DNA of 64,000 nucleotides from the human T2T-CHM13v2.0 reference genome, Homo sapiens: NCBI GenBank assembly GCA_009914755.4, contig CP086569.2, positions 14,176,001 to 14,240,000 of the forward strand, read 5' to 3'. Shown piece by piece: positions 13,734 to 33,763 of this stretch (position 1 is its first letter; each line of letters starts with the position of its first letter). The notes under the pieces were generated by a model. It saw only the letters and a program-made list of their open reading frames with translations, ran no database searches and was not told where the DNA came from. The position numbers and the translations under genes were made by a program.

Positions 13734-13957
13734 CTTGGTAAGACTAGTCTTTGGAACTTGCCACACTCCACCTGAGTGGAAGCGTGGCCTCATCACCCAT
13801 GGTGTGCCTGTATTAGCACTTTTGTTCCGGTTTTGACTTGGCTTGACTTGGTAAGACCAGTCTTTGGAACCTGCCCCATTCCATCGGAGTGGAAGCATGG
13901 CCTGATCACCCATGGAGTGCCTGCATTGGCACTTTTGTTCTGGTTTTGACTTGAGTT
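13734..13957 (+). repeat. Tandem duplication of about 113 bp x2 in the proviral leader
   Basis: 'cttggtaagac(t/c)agtctttggaac(t/c)tgcc...catcacccatgg(t/a)gtgcctg(t/c)attagcacttttgtt(c)cggttttgacttg' occurs twice back to back. Confidence 0.85.
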
Positions 13958-14170
13958 AGATTGCATGATACTTTGGTTTTGGTTCTGATCTGGCTTGGAT
14001 TTCTAGATACTCTGATTTTGGTTTTGATTTTGGTTTGGTGTAAACTGCAAAAGTGTGTGTGTGCCCTTTTTACCTGTTCTTTGTTTTGTGGTGTGCATGT
14101 GGTGTCAGCTTAGTGTTTTGTCTTGAAGAAGCATAGGCCAGGCACAAATAAGACCACCCCACTAGGAACT

Positions 14171-14470
14171 ATGTTAAAAAAATTTTCAAGAAAGAATTTA
14201 AAGGAGATTACGGTGTTACTGTGACACTAGGAAAACTTAGAACTTTGTGTGAAATAGACTGGCCAGCATTAGAGGTGGGTTGGCCATCAGAAGGAAGCTT
14301 GGACAGGTAGGTCCCTTGTTTCAAAGGTATGACACAAGGTAACCTGTAAGCCAAGGCACCCAGACCAGTTTCCGTACATAGACAGTTACAGCTGGTTTTA
14401 GACCCACTTCCCCGGCCCCTAACAGTAGTTAAGAGAACAGCAGCATAAGCGGCTGGCAGAGGCAAGGAAA
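14171..14470 (+). other. gag (matrix) remnant with multiple stops
   Basis: Translates as 'MLKKFS...HPDQFPYI...'. The 'HPDQ(V/F)PYI' motif is that of gamma-retroviral MA. Confidence 0.5.
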
Positions 14471-15539
14471 AACCAGCAGAGAGAAAACGAGGCCATCTAT
14501 ATCAATTCTAAGTTAATTTAGACTAAACAAGGTCTAGCAAAAGATAATTAAAATCTCAAACTTACAAGGTTTTCAGTAAAAGTGAAGTTTGCTAAAAGTT
14601 AACAGTATAACGTATCATGGTAACTTCTAATCTTGTGGCCTTAGACAGTCTAGTCCAAAGACATAAAGAAAGTTTGCTTTGAAAAAAAGGGGTGGAGGCA
14701 GAATTTATGTAAGAAGAGTGTTATATACTAAATTCTTGTCCCGAAATAAATTAACTGGCTGTTTAAAGAAAAAAAAAGTTTGTAATAAGTGAAAGTTGAG
14801 ACATGTTGAAAAATTGTCTGTGAAAGTTGTGAAAGACAAAAAAGTTATAAAAAAATTTTTATGCAAAAAATGTTGTATAATTTAAAAGTAATAAGGCCTC
14901 CTGAGTACTACTGAAGAAACAGTTTATGTGCAAGGTGTATAAAAAAAGTAAAATATACCTTTAGTAAAAAGATTAAAAGGAGGCATAAGAATGTAGATTT
15001 TTACCTACATTAAAAGGTTAAAAAAATTATTGTTTTGAAAGTTTAAGCAAGTTTTAAAATGTTAATTATAAAAAAAATTCTGTGTGTAACCATATTAGCT
15101 AAAGTTAAAAAAGTATCATCCAGTTTCTCTGTGAACTACACATTAAAGTAAAAATGCAACAGGTTTCTCTTAAAGCATCAACCTGCTCTTTAACAAAAAT
15201 TATAAAAGGTTAAAAAGAGTCTATAAAATCTTACCTTATGGTCAAACATAAAAAATTGGATAAATATGTCTACAAGGTTTTATTAAAATTAAGTTTAACA
15301 TTAACACACTAATATAAAGGTAAAATTCAGCTTATCTGGTATAAAAGTCATACAAGAAGCATTATTAAATATAAAATGGTGTTTAGCTTTCTTTGGTCTA
15401 AAAACTAATAAAAATAGGTGCTAAAGGAAACATTCATTTTACTAGAGGATCATAGAAGTTAAAGACTTAAAATGAACTTTGGCAATTAAGACAGCATACC
15501 AAGATGCAAATGCCTAGCTGAAATAGATCAAATATTCCA

Positions 15540-17256
15540 TCTGCACATTAAACAAAAGCAGTTGTTATGCTTGTGCACATGGTAGGCCAGAGGCCCTGAT
15601 TGTCCCCCTTCCGCTAAGGTGGTCCTCCAGTCGACCAGGTGTGGGCTGCATGGTAGCTCTTTTACAGAATTCTACAGCCTGGAGTAATAAGTCATGCCAA
15701 GCTCTCTCTGCTATATCCCAGAATCCCTGCGGGTCTGCCCCTGAGGGCCATCCAGCTTCTGTCTCCCAACACTAAGTTCACTTCTTGTCTCTCATGGCAA
15801 GGAGGAGACTTAGCATTCCTTGGAGACCTGAAGGGATGCAGTGAGCTTAACAATTTTCAAGAGCTTATCAATCAGTCACCCCTTGTTCAACCCTCAGTGG
15901 ATGTGTAGTGATATTGTGGTGGACCTTTACTGGGCACTCTGCTGAATAACTAGAGTGGCACTTGTGCATTAGTCCATTTAGCTATCCCTTTTACCCTGGC
16001 ATTTAATCAACCAGAGGGAAAAAAAAATAAGACATCATAAAGCGAGAGAAGCCCCTTATAAGTCTTTCAACTCTCGCATCTATTTAGATGCAATTAGAGC
16101 CCTGCAAAAAATACCAGATCAATTTAAAGCTTGAAATCAAATAGTTACAGTATTTAAGTCAATATTTTAATAGATGACAGTCGATAAAAACGTAAATTAG
16201 ATAAACTACATCTTTTACAACAAACAGCAACAAGCTTTTCACGAGTTAAAAAGAGGAACTCATGTCAGCCCCAGCCCTGAGGCTACCTGACCTGACAAAA
16301 CTCTTTACACAGTATGTGTCAGAAAGAGAAAAAATGGCAGTTGGAGTTTTAACCCAGACTGTAGGGTCCTGGCCAAGGCCAGTGGCCTACCTCTCAAAAC
16401 AACTAGATAGGGTTTCCAAAGGCTGGCCCCCATGTCCAAAGGCCCTGGTAGCAACGGTCCTGTTAGCATAAGAAGCAAATAAGCTAACTCTTAGGCAAAA
16501 CCTAAAGTTCCCCCATGCTGTAGTGATTTTAATAAATACCAAAGGACACCATTAGCTAATGAATGCTAGACTAACTAGATACCAAAGCTTGCTCTGTGAA
16601 AATGCCCGCATAATCACTGAAGTTTGCAACACCCTAAACCCCGCCACCTTGCTCCTGGTATCAGAGAGCCCAGTTAAACATAACTGTGTAAAAGTATTGG
16701 ACTCAGTTTATTCTAGAAGGCCCAACCTGCAAGACCATCCTTAAACATCAGTAGACTAGGAGCTGTACATGGATGAGAGCAGCTTCGCCAGTCCCTGCAA
16801 AGTGACTCTGAAAAAGACGACTAGCCCTGCTCCAGTCACACCCGGAAGCTGACTGGTCTACGCAGAGCCAAGGCATGAGGAAAACTGTCCTAGGACTTAT
16901 TTTCCTTATAACATAGACCTGTGTAGTAAAAGCTTCCACTGCTTCTTCCCACACAGGCGACTGCCTTCAGTGCATACATCAGGCCACTGAGGTAAGAGAA
17001 AAGATTGCTACAGTCCTATTATTTTATGGTTATTATAAGTGTACCAGGACTCTAAAAGAAACTTGTTTATATAATGCTATTCTATCCAAGGTATGTAGCC
17101 CAGGGAATAACCAACCTAATGCATGTTATGACCCATTTTAAGCCTCCCATGATCACAGTTTTTAAAATAAAATTAAGGACTGGTCCTTTTCTAGGTGACA
17201 CAAGTAAGGTAATAGCTAGGATAGAAAAAAGAAAGGTCCCCAAAAATGTAACCTTA
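15540..17256 (+). other. pol remnant (RT C-terminus, RNase H, start of integrase), frameshifted
   Basis: ORF 16262-16471 reads 'LPDLTKLFTQYVSEREKMAVGVLTQTVGSWPRPVAYLSKQLDRVSKGWPPCPKALVA', an MLV-like pol tether/RNase H motif. 'ELYMDESSFA' near 16770 is the RNase H 'YTDGSS' motif. Confidence 0.65.
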
Positions 17257-17270
17257 AAATTTGACACTTG

Positions 17271-18259
<989 letters not shown>

Positions 18260-18599
18260 TTTGACACTTGTGCTGCTACTGATAGTAAGCAGCATAGAAT
18301 AAGATGCGGTGCTCTAAATCACACACACACAAAAAAAGTTACACAGTAAAAAATAAGTATATCTGTCAAGAATCATATTTATGTAAGATGTGTGTAATTA
18401 CTAGTCTTGTGTCATCTAGACTTAGAAAAAAGATGAAAAAGATCCTTAGCTGCAAAAAAAGAGAAGGCAGCCCCTCCTGCATGAATAGAGGCTGCAACCC
18501 CTTGAAATTAATAATTACAAATCCCTTAAACCCAAGGTAGAAAAAAGGAGAACACATATCTCTAGGCATCAATAAGAAAAGACTAAGTCCTAGCATAAA

Positions 18600-19948
18600 C
18601 ATCCTAATAAAAGGAGAGGTTCAAAGATGCTCTCCAGAACCAGTATTTCAGACTTTCTATGATAAACTAAATGTGCCCGTACCAGAGACTCCAAGAAAAA
18701 CCAGAAATTTGTTTTTGCAATTAGCCGAGCATGTAGCCCAGTCTCTAAATGTCACTTCATGTTATGTTTGTAGAAAAACTAATAAGAGATCAATGGCCAT
18801 AAGAAACCCAAGAATTAGTGCCTACAGACCCAGTTCCTGATGAATTCCTGGCCCAAAAGAATCACCCTGATCATCTCTAAGTTCTAAAAGTCTTAATTAT
18901 TAGACAATATTGCATAGCTAAAAACGAAAAGAATTCACTCATTCTGTAAGGTGACTTAGTTGTGTAAGGCAAAAACTGTATAATAGTACCGCAAAAAAAA
19001 AAAAAACCCACCAAAAACAGTTACATGGTGGAGTTCCAATTACACAGAAAAAGATCCATTCAGTAAATTTCCAAAGTTGCAGACTATTTAGGCCCACCCA
19101 GAATTCCACCGGGACTGGACGGCCCCCACCAGGTTATACTAGATATGCAGACACACAGCTTATGCTAAGCTGCCTGATCAGTGGACAGGTAGCTGTGTAT
19201 TTGGCACCATTAAGCCATCTTTCTTCTCACTGCCCATAAAAACAGTGAACTTCTAGGCTTCCCAGTCTGCTTCCTGAGAAAAATGAAGCATAGCCATAGG
19301 TGATTAGAAAGATAATGAATGGCCCCCTGAATCATACAATACTATAGACCCGTCACTTAGCATAAGATGGCTCACGAGGATATCGAACCCCATCTACATG
19401 CTCAACCGAATCATAGGGTTACAAGCTGTTTTAGAAATTATTACTAATAAAACCGATCAAGTCTTGACTGTTCCTGCCCAGCAAGAGACTCTGATGAAAA
19501 ATACTATCTATCAAAATAGACTAGCTCTTGACTACTTGCTAGCAGCTGAAGGAGAAGTTTGTAGAAAATTTAACCTTACTAATTGTTGTCTACACATAGA
19601 TGATCAGAGGCAAGTAGTTGAGGATATAGTTAAAGAGATAACAAAACTGGCACATGTACCTGTGCAAGTGTGGCACAGACTCAATCCAGGAGCCATGTTT
19701 AGAAATTAGTTCCCAGCAATAAAAGGATTTAAACTCTAAGAGTAATAATAGTAATAAAAACCTGCTTACTGCTCCCTTGTTTGCTACCTGTACTTCTTTA
19801 AATATATAAAAGCTTCATCGCTACCTTAGTTCACCAAAATGCTTCAGCACAAGTGTACTATATAAATCACTATCAATCTATTGCACAAAAAGACATAAGT
19901 AGCAAAAATAAAAGTGAGAACTCCCACTAATAAAAAAGTGAGATTCTC
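18600..19948 (+). other. env remnant (SU tail and truncated TM)
   Basis: ORF 19398-19709 reads '...[32 protein letters not shown]...', the immunosuppressive-domain-like motif plus C-X7-CC of class I TM. Upstream 'CYVC' is an SU motif. Confidence 0.65.
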
Positions 19949-19960
19949 AAAGGGGGGAAA
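19949..19960 (+). promoter_or_regulatory. Polypurine tract
   Basis: 'aaaggggggaaa' lies immediately 5' of the 3' LTR TG. Confidence 0.75.
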
Positions 19961-20423
19961 TGAGGGAAGAGAGAGACCCTCTCATATTGTTTTATACTCA
20001 GTACCTGTTTTAAAAAACAAAAAAGTAAAACCAAAGACAGGCAGCCTGGCGCCAGGCCCGAAACCAGGCCTGGGCCTGCCTGGCCTAAACCCCGTAGTTA
20101 AAAATCAGCTCATAACTTAGAACCAATGTTATTCATAGATTCCAGACATTGTATAGAAGAACACTGTGAAACTCCCTGCCTTGTTCTGTTTCTCTCTGTC
20201 CGTTGGTGCATGCAGCCCGTCATGTACCCCTTGCTTGCTCAAATCAACCACAACCCTTTCATGTGAAATCCTTACAGTTGTGAGCCCTTAAAAAGGACAG
20301 GAATTGCTCATGCAAGGAACTCGGATTTTAAGGCAGTAGCTTGCCAATACTCCCAGCTGAATAAAGCCCTTCCTTCTACAACTACGTCTCTGAGAAGTTT
20401 TGTCTGCGGCTCGTCCTGCTACC
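19961..20423 (+). repeat. 3' LTR (LTR2-like) with an AATAAA at about 20360
   Basis: Homologous to 13005-13480. Confidence 0.85.
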
Positions 20424-20427
20424 ATAA

Positions 20428-21267
20428 CAAATCCTACGGGAGATAAATCTAAAACTGTCTCTAGACAAAGAAAGGTCATCACCTAGTAACAAGTGGGTCC
20501 ATTCAACTGGAAAGTGTAACTATCAGAAATATATCTGGCACCCCAACATCAGAGTACCTACACATATATAAAGAAAATATTGACAGATATGAAGGAGGAT
20601 GTTTATGGCAATACAAAAATATAGTAGGGGAATTCAACACCTACTTTAGAATAATGTATAAAGCACCCAGACCCACCCACCTGGCAAAAAAAAATAAAAA
20701 AAAATAAATAAAAAAAACAATAGCTGACTTGAACCAGTACTAACAGGAAAGTTTATGACTATAAGTGCCTACAGCAAAAAAGAAAAACTTCCAATGAAAC
20801 AACCTAAAAATGCATCTTAAACAAGTAGAAAAAAGGAGCAAATCAAACCAAAGTTAGAAGAAAAATAAAGATTAGAGTAGAAATAAATGAAGAAAACAAA
20901 ATAAAAGATCAATGCAACAAAAAGTTCATTTTCTAAAAGGACAATATTGACCAACTCTTAGCTAGACTAACAACAACAAAAAAAAAGCAGGAGACTCAAA
21001 TAAATACAATCAGAGAGGATAAAAGAGATATTACAACTGATAAATGTAGAATTACAAAGAATCCCTACAGGCTATTACTGGCAACTATATATACCAATAA
21101 ATTAGAAAACCTGTAAGAAACAGACACATTACATATACAATTACAACTTGCCAAGACTGAACTAAAAGAAATACAAAATCTGAACAGACCAGTAATAAGT
21201 TAACAAGAATGAAGCCATAATAAAAAGTCTCACAGAAAAGCCCAGGACCTGATGGCTTCACTGTTAA
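20428..21267 (+). mobile_element. Old L1 ORF2 continuation (EN into RT)
   Basis: Reading frame resumes from 13004. An L1 ORF2-like translation. Confidence 0.7.
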
Positions 21268-21567
21268 AGTTTTTTGTTTTTGTTTTTTTTAGGTGGAGTC
21301 TCACCCTTGCTCAGACTGGAGTGAAGTGGCATGATCTTGGCTCACCGTAACCTCTGCCTCCTGGGTTCAAGCAATTCTCCTGCCTCAGCCTCTCAAGTAG
21401 CTGGCATGATAGGCATCTGCCACTATGCCTGGCTAACTTTTGTATTTTCAGTAGTGACAGGGTTTCACCATGTTGGCCAGGCTGGTGTTGAACTCCTGAC
21501 CTCAGGCGATACACCTACCTCAGCCTCCCAAAGTGCTGGGATTACAGACGTGAGCCACCGTGGTTGG
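21268..21567 (-). mobile_element. Alu
   Basis: Poly-T start and '...cctcccaaagtgctgggattacagacgtgagccaccgtgg'. Confidence 0.9.
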
Positions 21568-21589
21568 CCTCACTGCTGAAACTTACATA

Positions 21590-21852
21590 ATTTTTTTTTT
21601 TTTTGAGACGGAGTCTCACTCTGTTGCCAGGCTGGAGTGCAGTGGTGCGACCTTGGCTCACTGCAACCTCCGACTCCCGGGTTCAAGCGATTTCTCCTGC
21701 CTCAGCCTCCTGAGTAGCTGGGATTACAGGCACGTGCCACCATACCTGGCCAATTTTTTTATTTTTAGTAGAGCCAGGATGCTCTCCATCTCCACCCGCC
21801 TCAGCTTCCCAAAGTGCTGGGACTGCAGGTGTGAGCCACCGCCCTCGGCTGA
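21590..21852 (-). mobile_element. Alu with an internal deletion
   Basis: Carries 'ttttttttttttgagacggagtctcactctgttgccaggctggagtgcagtgg...gctgggactgcaggtgtgagccaccgccc'. Confidence 0.85.
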
Positions 21853-22084
21853 ATTTTACCAAACATTTAAAGAACTAACACCAATCCTACTCAAACTGTT
21901 CTGAAAAAGAGGAGGAAGAGATACTTCTAAACCCATTGTATGAGGCCAGTATTACTCATATATCAAAACCAGACAAAGACAATTAAAAAGAGAAAGTACT
22001 GGGCAGTATAAACACAGGCCAAAATCCTTAACAAAATATAAGCAAACCAGGTTCAAAAACACATTAAAAAGACCATTCATCATA

Positions 22085-22437
22085 CTATGCAGCCATAAAA
22101 TGGAACAAGATAATGTCCTTGCATGGACATGGAATCCATTATCCCCTGCCAACCAATGCAGGAACAGAAAACCAAACACCACATGTTCTTACTTATAAGT
22201 GGGAGCTGAACAATGTGAACACAGGGAGGGGAACAACACACACTGGGGCTTTTTGGAGGGCGTGGAGAAGGGAGAGCATCAGGAAAAATAGCTAATGCAT
22301 GCTAGGCTTAATACCAGGGTGACGGGTTGACAGTTGCAGCAGATCACCATGACACATGTTTACCTATGCAACAAACCTGCACATCCTGCACATGTACTCA
22401 AGAACTAACATAAAATAAAATAAAATAAAATAAAAAC
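22085..22437 (+). mobile_element. 5'-truncated young-type L1 3' end nested in the old L1
   Basis: Reads '...HYAAIKWNKIMSLHGHGIHYPLPTNAGTENQTPHVLTYKWELNNVNTGRGTTHTGAF...' then 'tgcaacaaacctgcacatcctgcacatgtactc' and an (AAAAT)n tail. Confidence 0.8.
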
Positions 22438-22873
22438 TATTCATCATGACCAAGTGGAATTTATCACAGGGATGCAAGGATAGTCCAATATATGCAAATC
22501 AATCAGTATATCATATCAACAGAATGAAGGACAAAACCATATGATCATTTCAAATAATTCTGAAGACACATTTGATAAAATTCAACATCCCTTCATGATA
22601 AAAACTAATGAAAAACTGGATATAGAAAGAACAGACCTTCGACATGATAAAAACCATATATTAATACAACAGACACAGCTAGTAGCACACTGAATAGGGA
22701 AAAACTGAAAGCCTTTCCTTTAAGAGCTGGAACACAACAAGGATGACCACTTTTACCACTAACAAAACTAAGAACCAGTCTTTTAAATCCATAAACAAAA
22801 CTGACAAAGAAAAAAAGAGAGAAGACTCCAACAAAATTAGAAAAGAAGACATTATAAAAGATATTCAGAAACA

Positions 22874-27960
<5,087 letters not shown>

Positions 27961-28410
27961 TCATATTCATATATATGTTTATCAAATCATCAGGCTGTAC
28001 ATCTTAAATGTATACAATTTGCACTATAAACTATACCTTAATATAAACATAAAAAATAAGCAACAAAAATTATTTTAAAATAGTAAAACAAGTTGTCCTG
28101 GGAAATCAGTTTTATCAGAATTACGAGAAAATAGAGAGTTGTAAATTTACCAGTGTATATTCATGTACATCTTTATTCCTCTCTAAATTGTAATAAACAC
28201 AAGTGACTATCTGTAAGGGAAGGCAATATTTTAATCTTATGAGATTTTATAACACTTATGAATATATAAGATTATTTACATCTTATTACATTTTGCCAAG
28301 ACTTCTGGACTGCTGATATCATTTAATGTCAACAGAATTCTTTTGAAAAAAATACTGAATGGCTACCAATACCCCCAAAGAGAAACTGCAGCAGTTTCAG
28401 AAGGCACTTA

Positions 28411-28620
<210 letters not shown>

Positions 28621-29179
28621 TTATCACCTCTCAGGTGACAACTGCAATACCAATTCTGAAAACCTTGAAACACCGTAAGACTATTATGTTTTGTGATAAC
28701 TTTGGTTAAAAAAAAACCTAACGTAAAGAGCAGTCACAATATGCGAGACATTGTGCTAGGTTCTTTTAACATCTTATCTCATTTTATCCTTTCAAGGCCT
28801 TCATTTGGTAGAAGAAGAAAGTGGTTTGGTAGAAGGAAAAAGTGAAAGCCTGAGAGAAAAACAAAAACAAACAAACAAACAAAAAAATAAAACTTGCCCA
28901 AAGTCATAAAGTTAGCAATGTAGAGACATGGTCTATTTCAGGTCTTTCTAGCTCTTAAGGCCAGATTATTTATTTATGTATATTAAATACTATGACATTT
29001 TAGGGCTGCACATATGCTATATTACATAAACTGAAAATTCTAATGAACAACTACAATACTTTACTCAATAAAGGGCTTCCTTTACAAAAACAAAATCTAG
29101 CACTCTAAAATATAAAAAGTATATCTTACATTTCTGCAAAGAAAATCATTTATATTTTTAAAAAATCTGTGTTCTTGGG

Positions 29180-29917
<738 letters not shown>

Positions 29918-30009
29918 TCAACTTGAAAATTAATCAAGTTAAAAAAAGATTTAACAAGAGTTAAAAAAAATGCTTCAAGTTTTTATTCCATTAATACTTT
30001 GTATCACAG

Positions 30010-30132
30010 GGCTAGGTGTGGTGGCTCACACATGTAATCCCAGCACTTTGGGAGGCTGTGGCAGGCAGATCACTTGAGGTCAGAAGTTCGAAACCAGCCT
30101 GGCCAATACAATGAAACCCTGTCTCTACTATA

Positions 30133-30164
<32 letters not shown>

Positions 30165-30350
30165 CCAAACACTGTGGCACATGCCTGTAATCCCAGATAC
30201 TCGTGAGGGTGAGGCACGAGAATTACTTCAACCTGGGAGGAGGAGGTTGCAGTGAGCCAAGATTGCACCATTGCACTCCTGCCTAGGCAACAGAGAGAGA
30301 CTCTACCACAAACAAAACAAAAAACAAACAAATTAAAAAAGACTTTGCAT
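30010..30350 (+). mobile_element. Alu with a long poly-A middle
   Basis: Begins 'gggctaggtgtggtggctcacacatgtaatcccagcactttgggagg'. Confidence 0.9.
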
Positions 30351-30982
30351 CACAAAAGCATTGCAACATGAATTGCCTCTTTCATTTCCGGTTGGAGGCT
30401 TGGGCTAGGGTCCTGAGAAAAATTAATTGCAGGTGAATAGTGATAGACTTATCCAAAGATCAACTACTATCAGCTTAAACTTACTGTTCAAAAGTCTACA
30501 AATTAATATTTAAATTTCTAATTACAGTTAAACATACTGATTTTTAATTTTTTCAATAAGAAATATTTTGACTCATCTTTTTTTTTTAACTAAAAAAACC
30601 TCTTAATACTCTGAGATCTCTAAAAAGGAAAACTCTAGTTAGAAATCACATGAAGTCATTTAAAATCTTAATCATAATTACTGTGGCAGATATAAGAACC
30701 AGGACCTTCTCTCAATTCCTGAGTCAGGGGTGAGAAGGAGAGCAGAAATCATCCTCTACTGCTGTTCTGAATCCTAGGCAGGAAAGGGGAGTAAGGACAG
30801 AATGTCTATTTGCATAAGCTTTTAGGAATTAGTTGACTTAAGGCAGCTGAAAAAACTACCAGAAGAAGCCATATACACATATACAAACCACCACTGGCAC
30901 CAATACAAACAGACAAAATTATGAAGTTTTAATATAAAAGTCTCATTTTTTTGTTACTCTCCTTCACCAGATTTTCCGTATT

Positions 30983-31300
30983 GTTGCCCAGGTGTGGTGG
31001 CTCACACCTGTAATACCAGCACTTTGGGAGGCCCAGGAGGGAGGATCAGTTGAGGTCAGGAGTTCAAGACCAGCCTAGCCAACATGGTGAAACCCTAGCT
31101 CTACTAAAAATACAAAAATTAGCCGGGGGCTTGGGGCAGGGGGCGGGGTGTGCGGTGCTGCATGCCTATAATCCCAGCTACTCAGGAGGGTGAGCAGGAG
31201 AATTTCTTGCACTTGGGAGTCGGACGTTGCAGTGAGCTGAGATCGTGCCACTGCACTCCAGCCTGGTGGGCAGAGCAAAACTCTGTATCAAAAAAAAAAT
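30983..31300 (+). mobile_element. Alu
   Basis: Begins 'cccaggtgtggtggctcacacctgtaataccagcactttgggaggcc'. Confidence 0.9.
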
Positions 31301-31596
31301 TTTGTTTTTTTCAATATTGTGATGTACTGCACAGTAACTACATTGTTTTCTATTAAGAATTTAGTAAAATATTTCAAATTAAGTTTTCTCAAGAGGAAGA
31401 AATTCACATAGTAGAAAATGTTTCAGATTTAAGAACTGATTTTGCTTTGTTTCTATATTTTATCTTTAAAAAATGATAACAATCTGGAGTTGTCTATATG
31501 AAATCTTACTCCGTTTCATTTTATTCTCCTAAAATTGCTTTTGACTTTAGCAGAGGTTAGCAATTCAAGGAATAAAAAATTACAGTTTTCCATAAC

Positions 31597-31911
<315 letters not shown>

Positions 31912-33149
31912 TAAAAAGCTTGCCAGTAAATGGGAAGCAAAATGAAAAAAGAAAGGAAAAGGAAAAAATTATAAGCATAGCACAAGTCTTACCTTATCTT
32001 ACTCGTATACTACCAATATAAAATTAGAGAAAATTTTGTATTAAAAAAAAAGCAGCAAAGCCAATAAAGGCAGACAGTATCTTTTTCAAAAGTTCAGAAC
32101 AACAGTTAATTATATATAGGGTGATACTTTATACAAAATAAAATTACAAGGAAACTGCAAAGAGGACTGCAAAGTTTTTGAATCTTAGGATAAATGAATC
32201 ATTTTAACTTCATATTTTTATTATTTCCAATCTTTAACTTTTTAGATATCACATTTTTTTCCCCAACAATCATTAACCTAAGGTCACTTCTCTGTTCAGA
32301 AAGGAAAAAAGCTAAATCCTGAAAATGCCAGTTCCCACTCAGGAAAAATGAACAAAAGTCATTATATTTAAATGTAATAAGAACTGCAATATACATCCTC
32401 ACAGTTTTAAGAAAAAAATTCTTTATGTAGCACGATAGGGATTCCCCTGTATAGATTTCTTTTTCCCTTGTTTGCCCCTGCTGTTTCTGTGTATTTGGAG
32501 TTTCCTAGGTTCAGAACAAAGAGTTCAGATGAAAGTGTTACTGATAAGTTTTAAATGTTAAAAAATTCCATCTTTGCTATGCTGAGGAAACCTTTTGCAT
32601 TAGACAACAAAGGCAATAAAAAGGGATTATTTCTTGCCAGTAGGTAAGAAAATTAACCTTATGTTTTTAATAAGATGAACTTTTTACCAAATAAAATGTA
32701 AAGACATTCCAAAAGGTTAAAGTAGAAATTACTTTGTGAAACATGCATATTAACTGATTAAAATGTAAACCTCATATATAATTCTCTAGGAATTCTATTT
32801 TTTTACAGTATGTTTTAGTATGTAATACAGTTCCAGTTATGTCTGTATTTTTCCACTAATATCTTTACCAACTCTAAAAAACAAATTCTGTGATTCCTTT
32901 GTTATTGATATTTTTAGCCCAAATTACAAAGATACACAAAATTGAGTTACTAGGCTCTAAGGGTGCCTTATTTTATAATTCCCCATAATTTCTAAAAACA
33001 ATCGTAAGTAAAATTTTTCTTTAAGGCACACTTGTCAAATCTGGAAAAATGCATAAATTTTTTACATTAACATAAAAAACAATTTACTCTCTTATCAATT
33101 CACACCTATTACCACGGCAGAGACTAGTTCACGGCATCTTTCAGTTTGC

Positions 33150-33410
33150 TTCTTTGTTTTGAGACAGGGTCTCACTCTTGTCACCTACGACAGAATGCCA
33201 TAGCATGATCATGGCTCACTGCAGCCTCAACCTCCGAGGCTCATCTCAGTATCCTGAGTATGAAGAACTATAAGTGCAGGCTAATTGTTGTGGTTTTGCC
33301 ACGTTGCTTAGGCTGGTCTCAAACTCCTAGGCTCAAGACATCCATCTGCCTCAGCATCTCCAAGTGCTGAGATTGCAGGCATAAGACACTGTGCTTAGCA
33401 TGACATCTTT
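33150..33410 (-). mobile_element. Old, diverged Alu (AluJ/FLAM-like)
   Basis: Carries 'ttttgagacagggtctcactcttgtcacc...gtgctgagattgcaggcataagacactgtgc'. Confidence 0.65.
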
Positions 33411-33580
33411 TCATTAAGTATTTAGATAACATAAAAGATTTGAAATCAAATCATTTTAAAAAAATTCTGCTGAGCAGTAAGTAAAAACTGATAGTTTCAT
33501 GAAGAAACTCAGCTTTGCACTTTGTCCTTTATGCCTATTTTCTCATAGTTACTTAAATGAAAGTTTAGTTCAGAAACCTA

Positions 33581-33763
<183 letters not shown>

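Noticed and set aside
13461-13913. 150-aa minus-strand ORF overlapping the proviral 5' LTR, PBS and leader
   Set aside because: It is antisense to a retroviral non-coding leader that contains a tandem duplication. It has no similarity to any protein family I recognise. It is a chance ORF in GC-richer sequence.
19398-19709. Open 103-aa env TM fragment as a possibly functional, syncytin-like gene
   Set aside because: It lacks the SU domain, the fusion peptide and the membrane anchor. It is bounded by stops and sits in a heavily deleted provirus. It is a remnant only.
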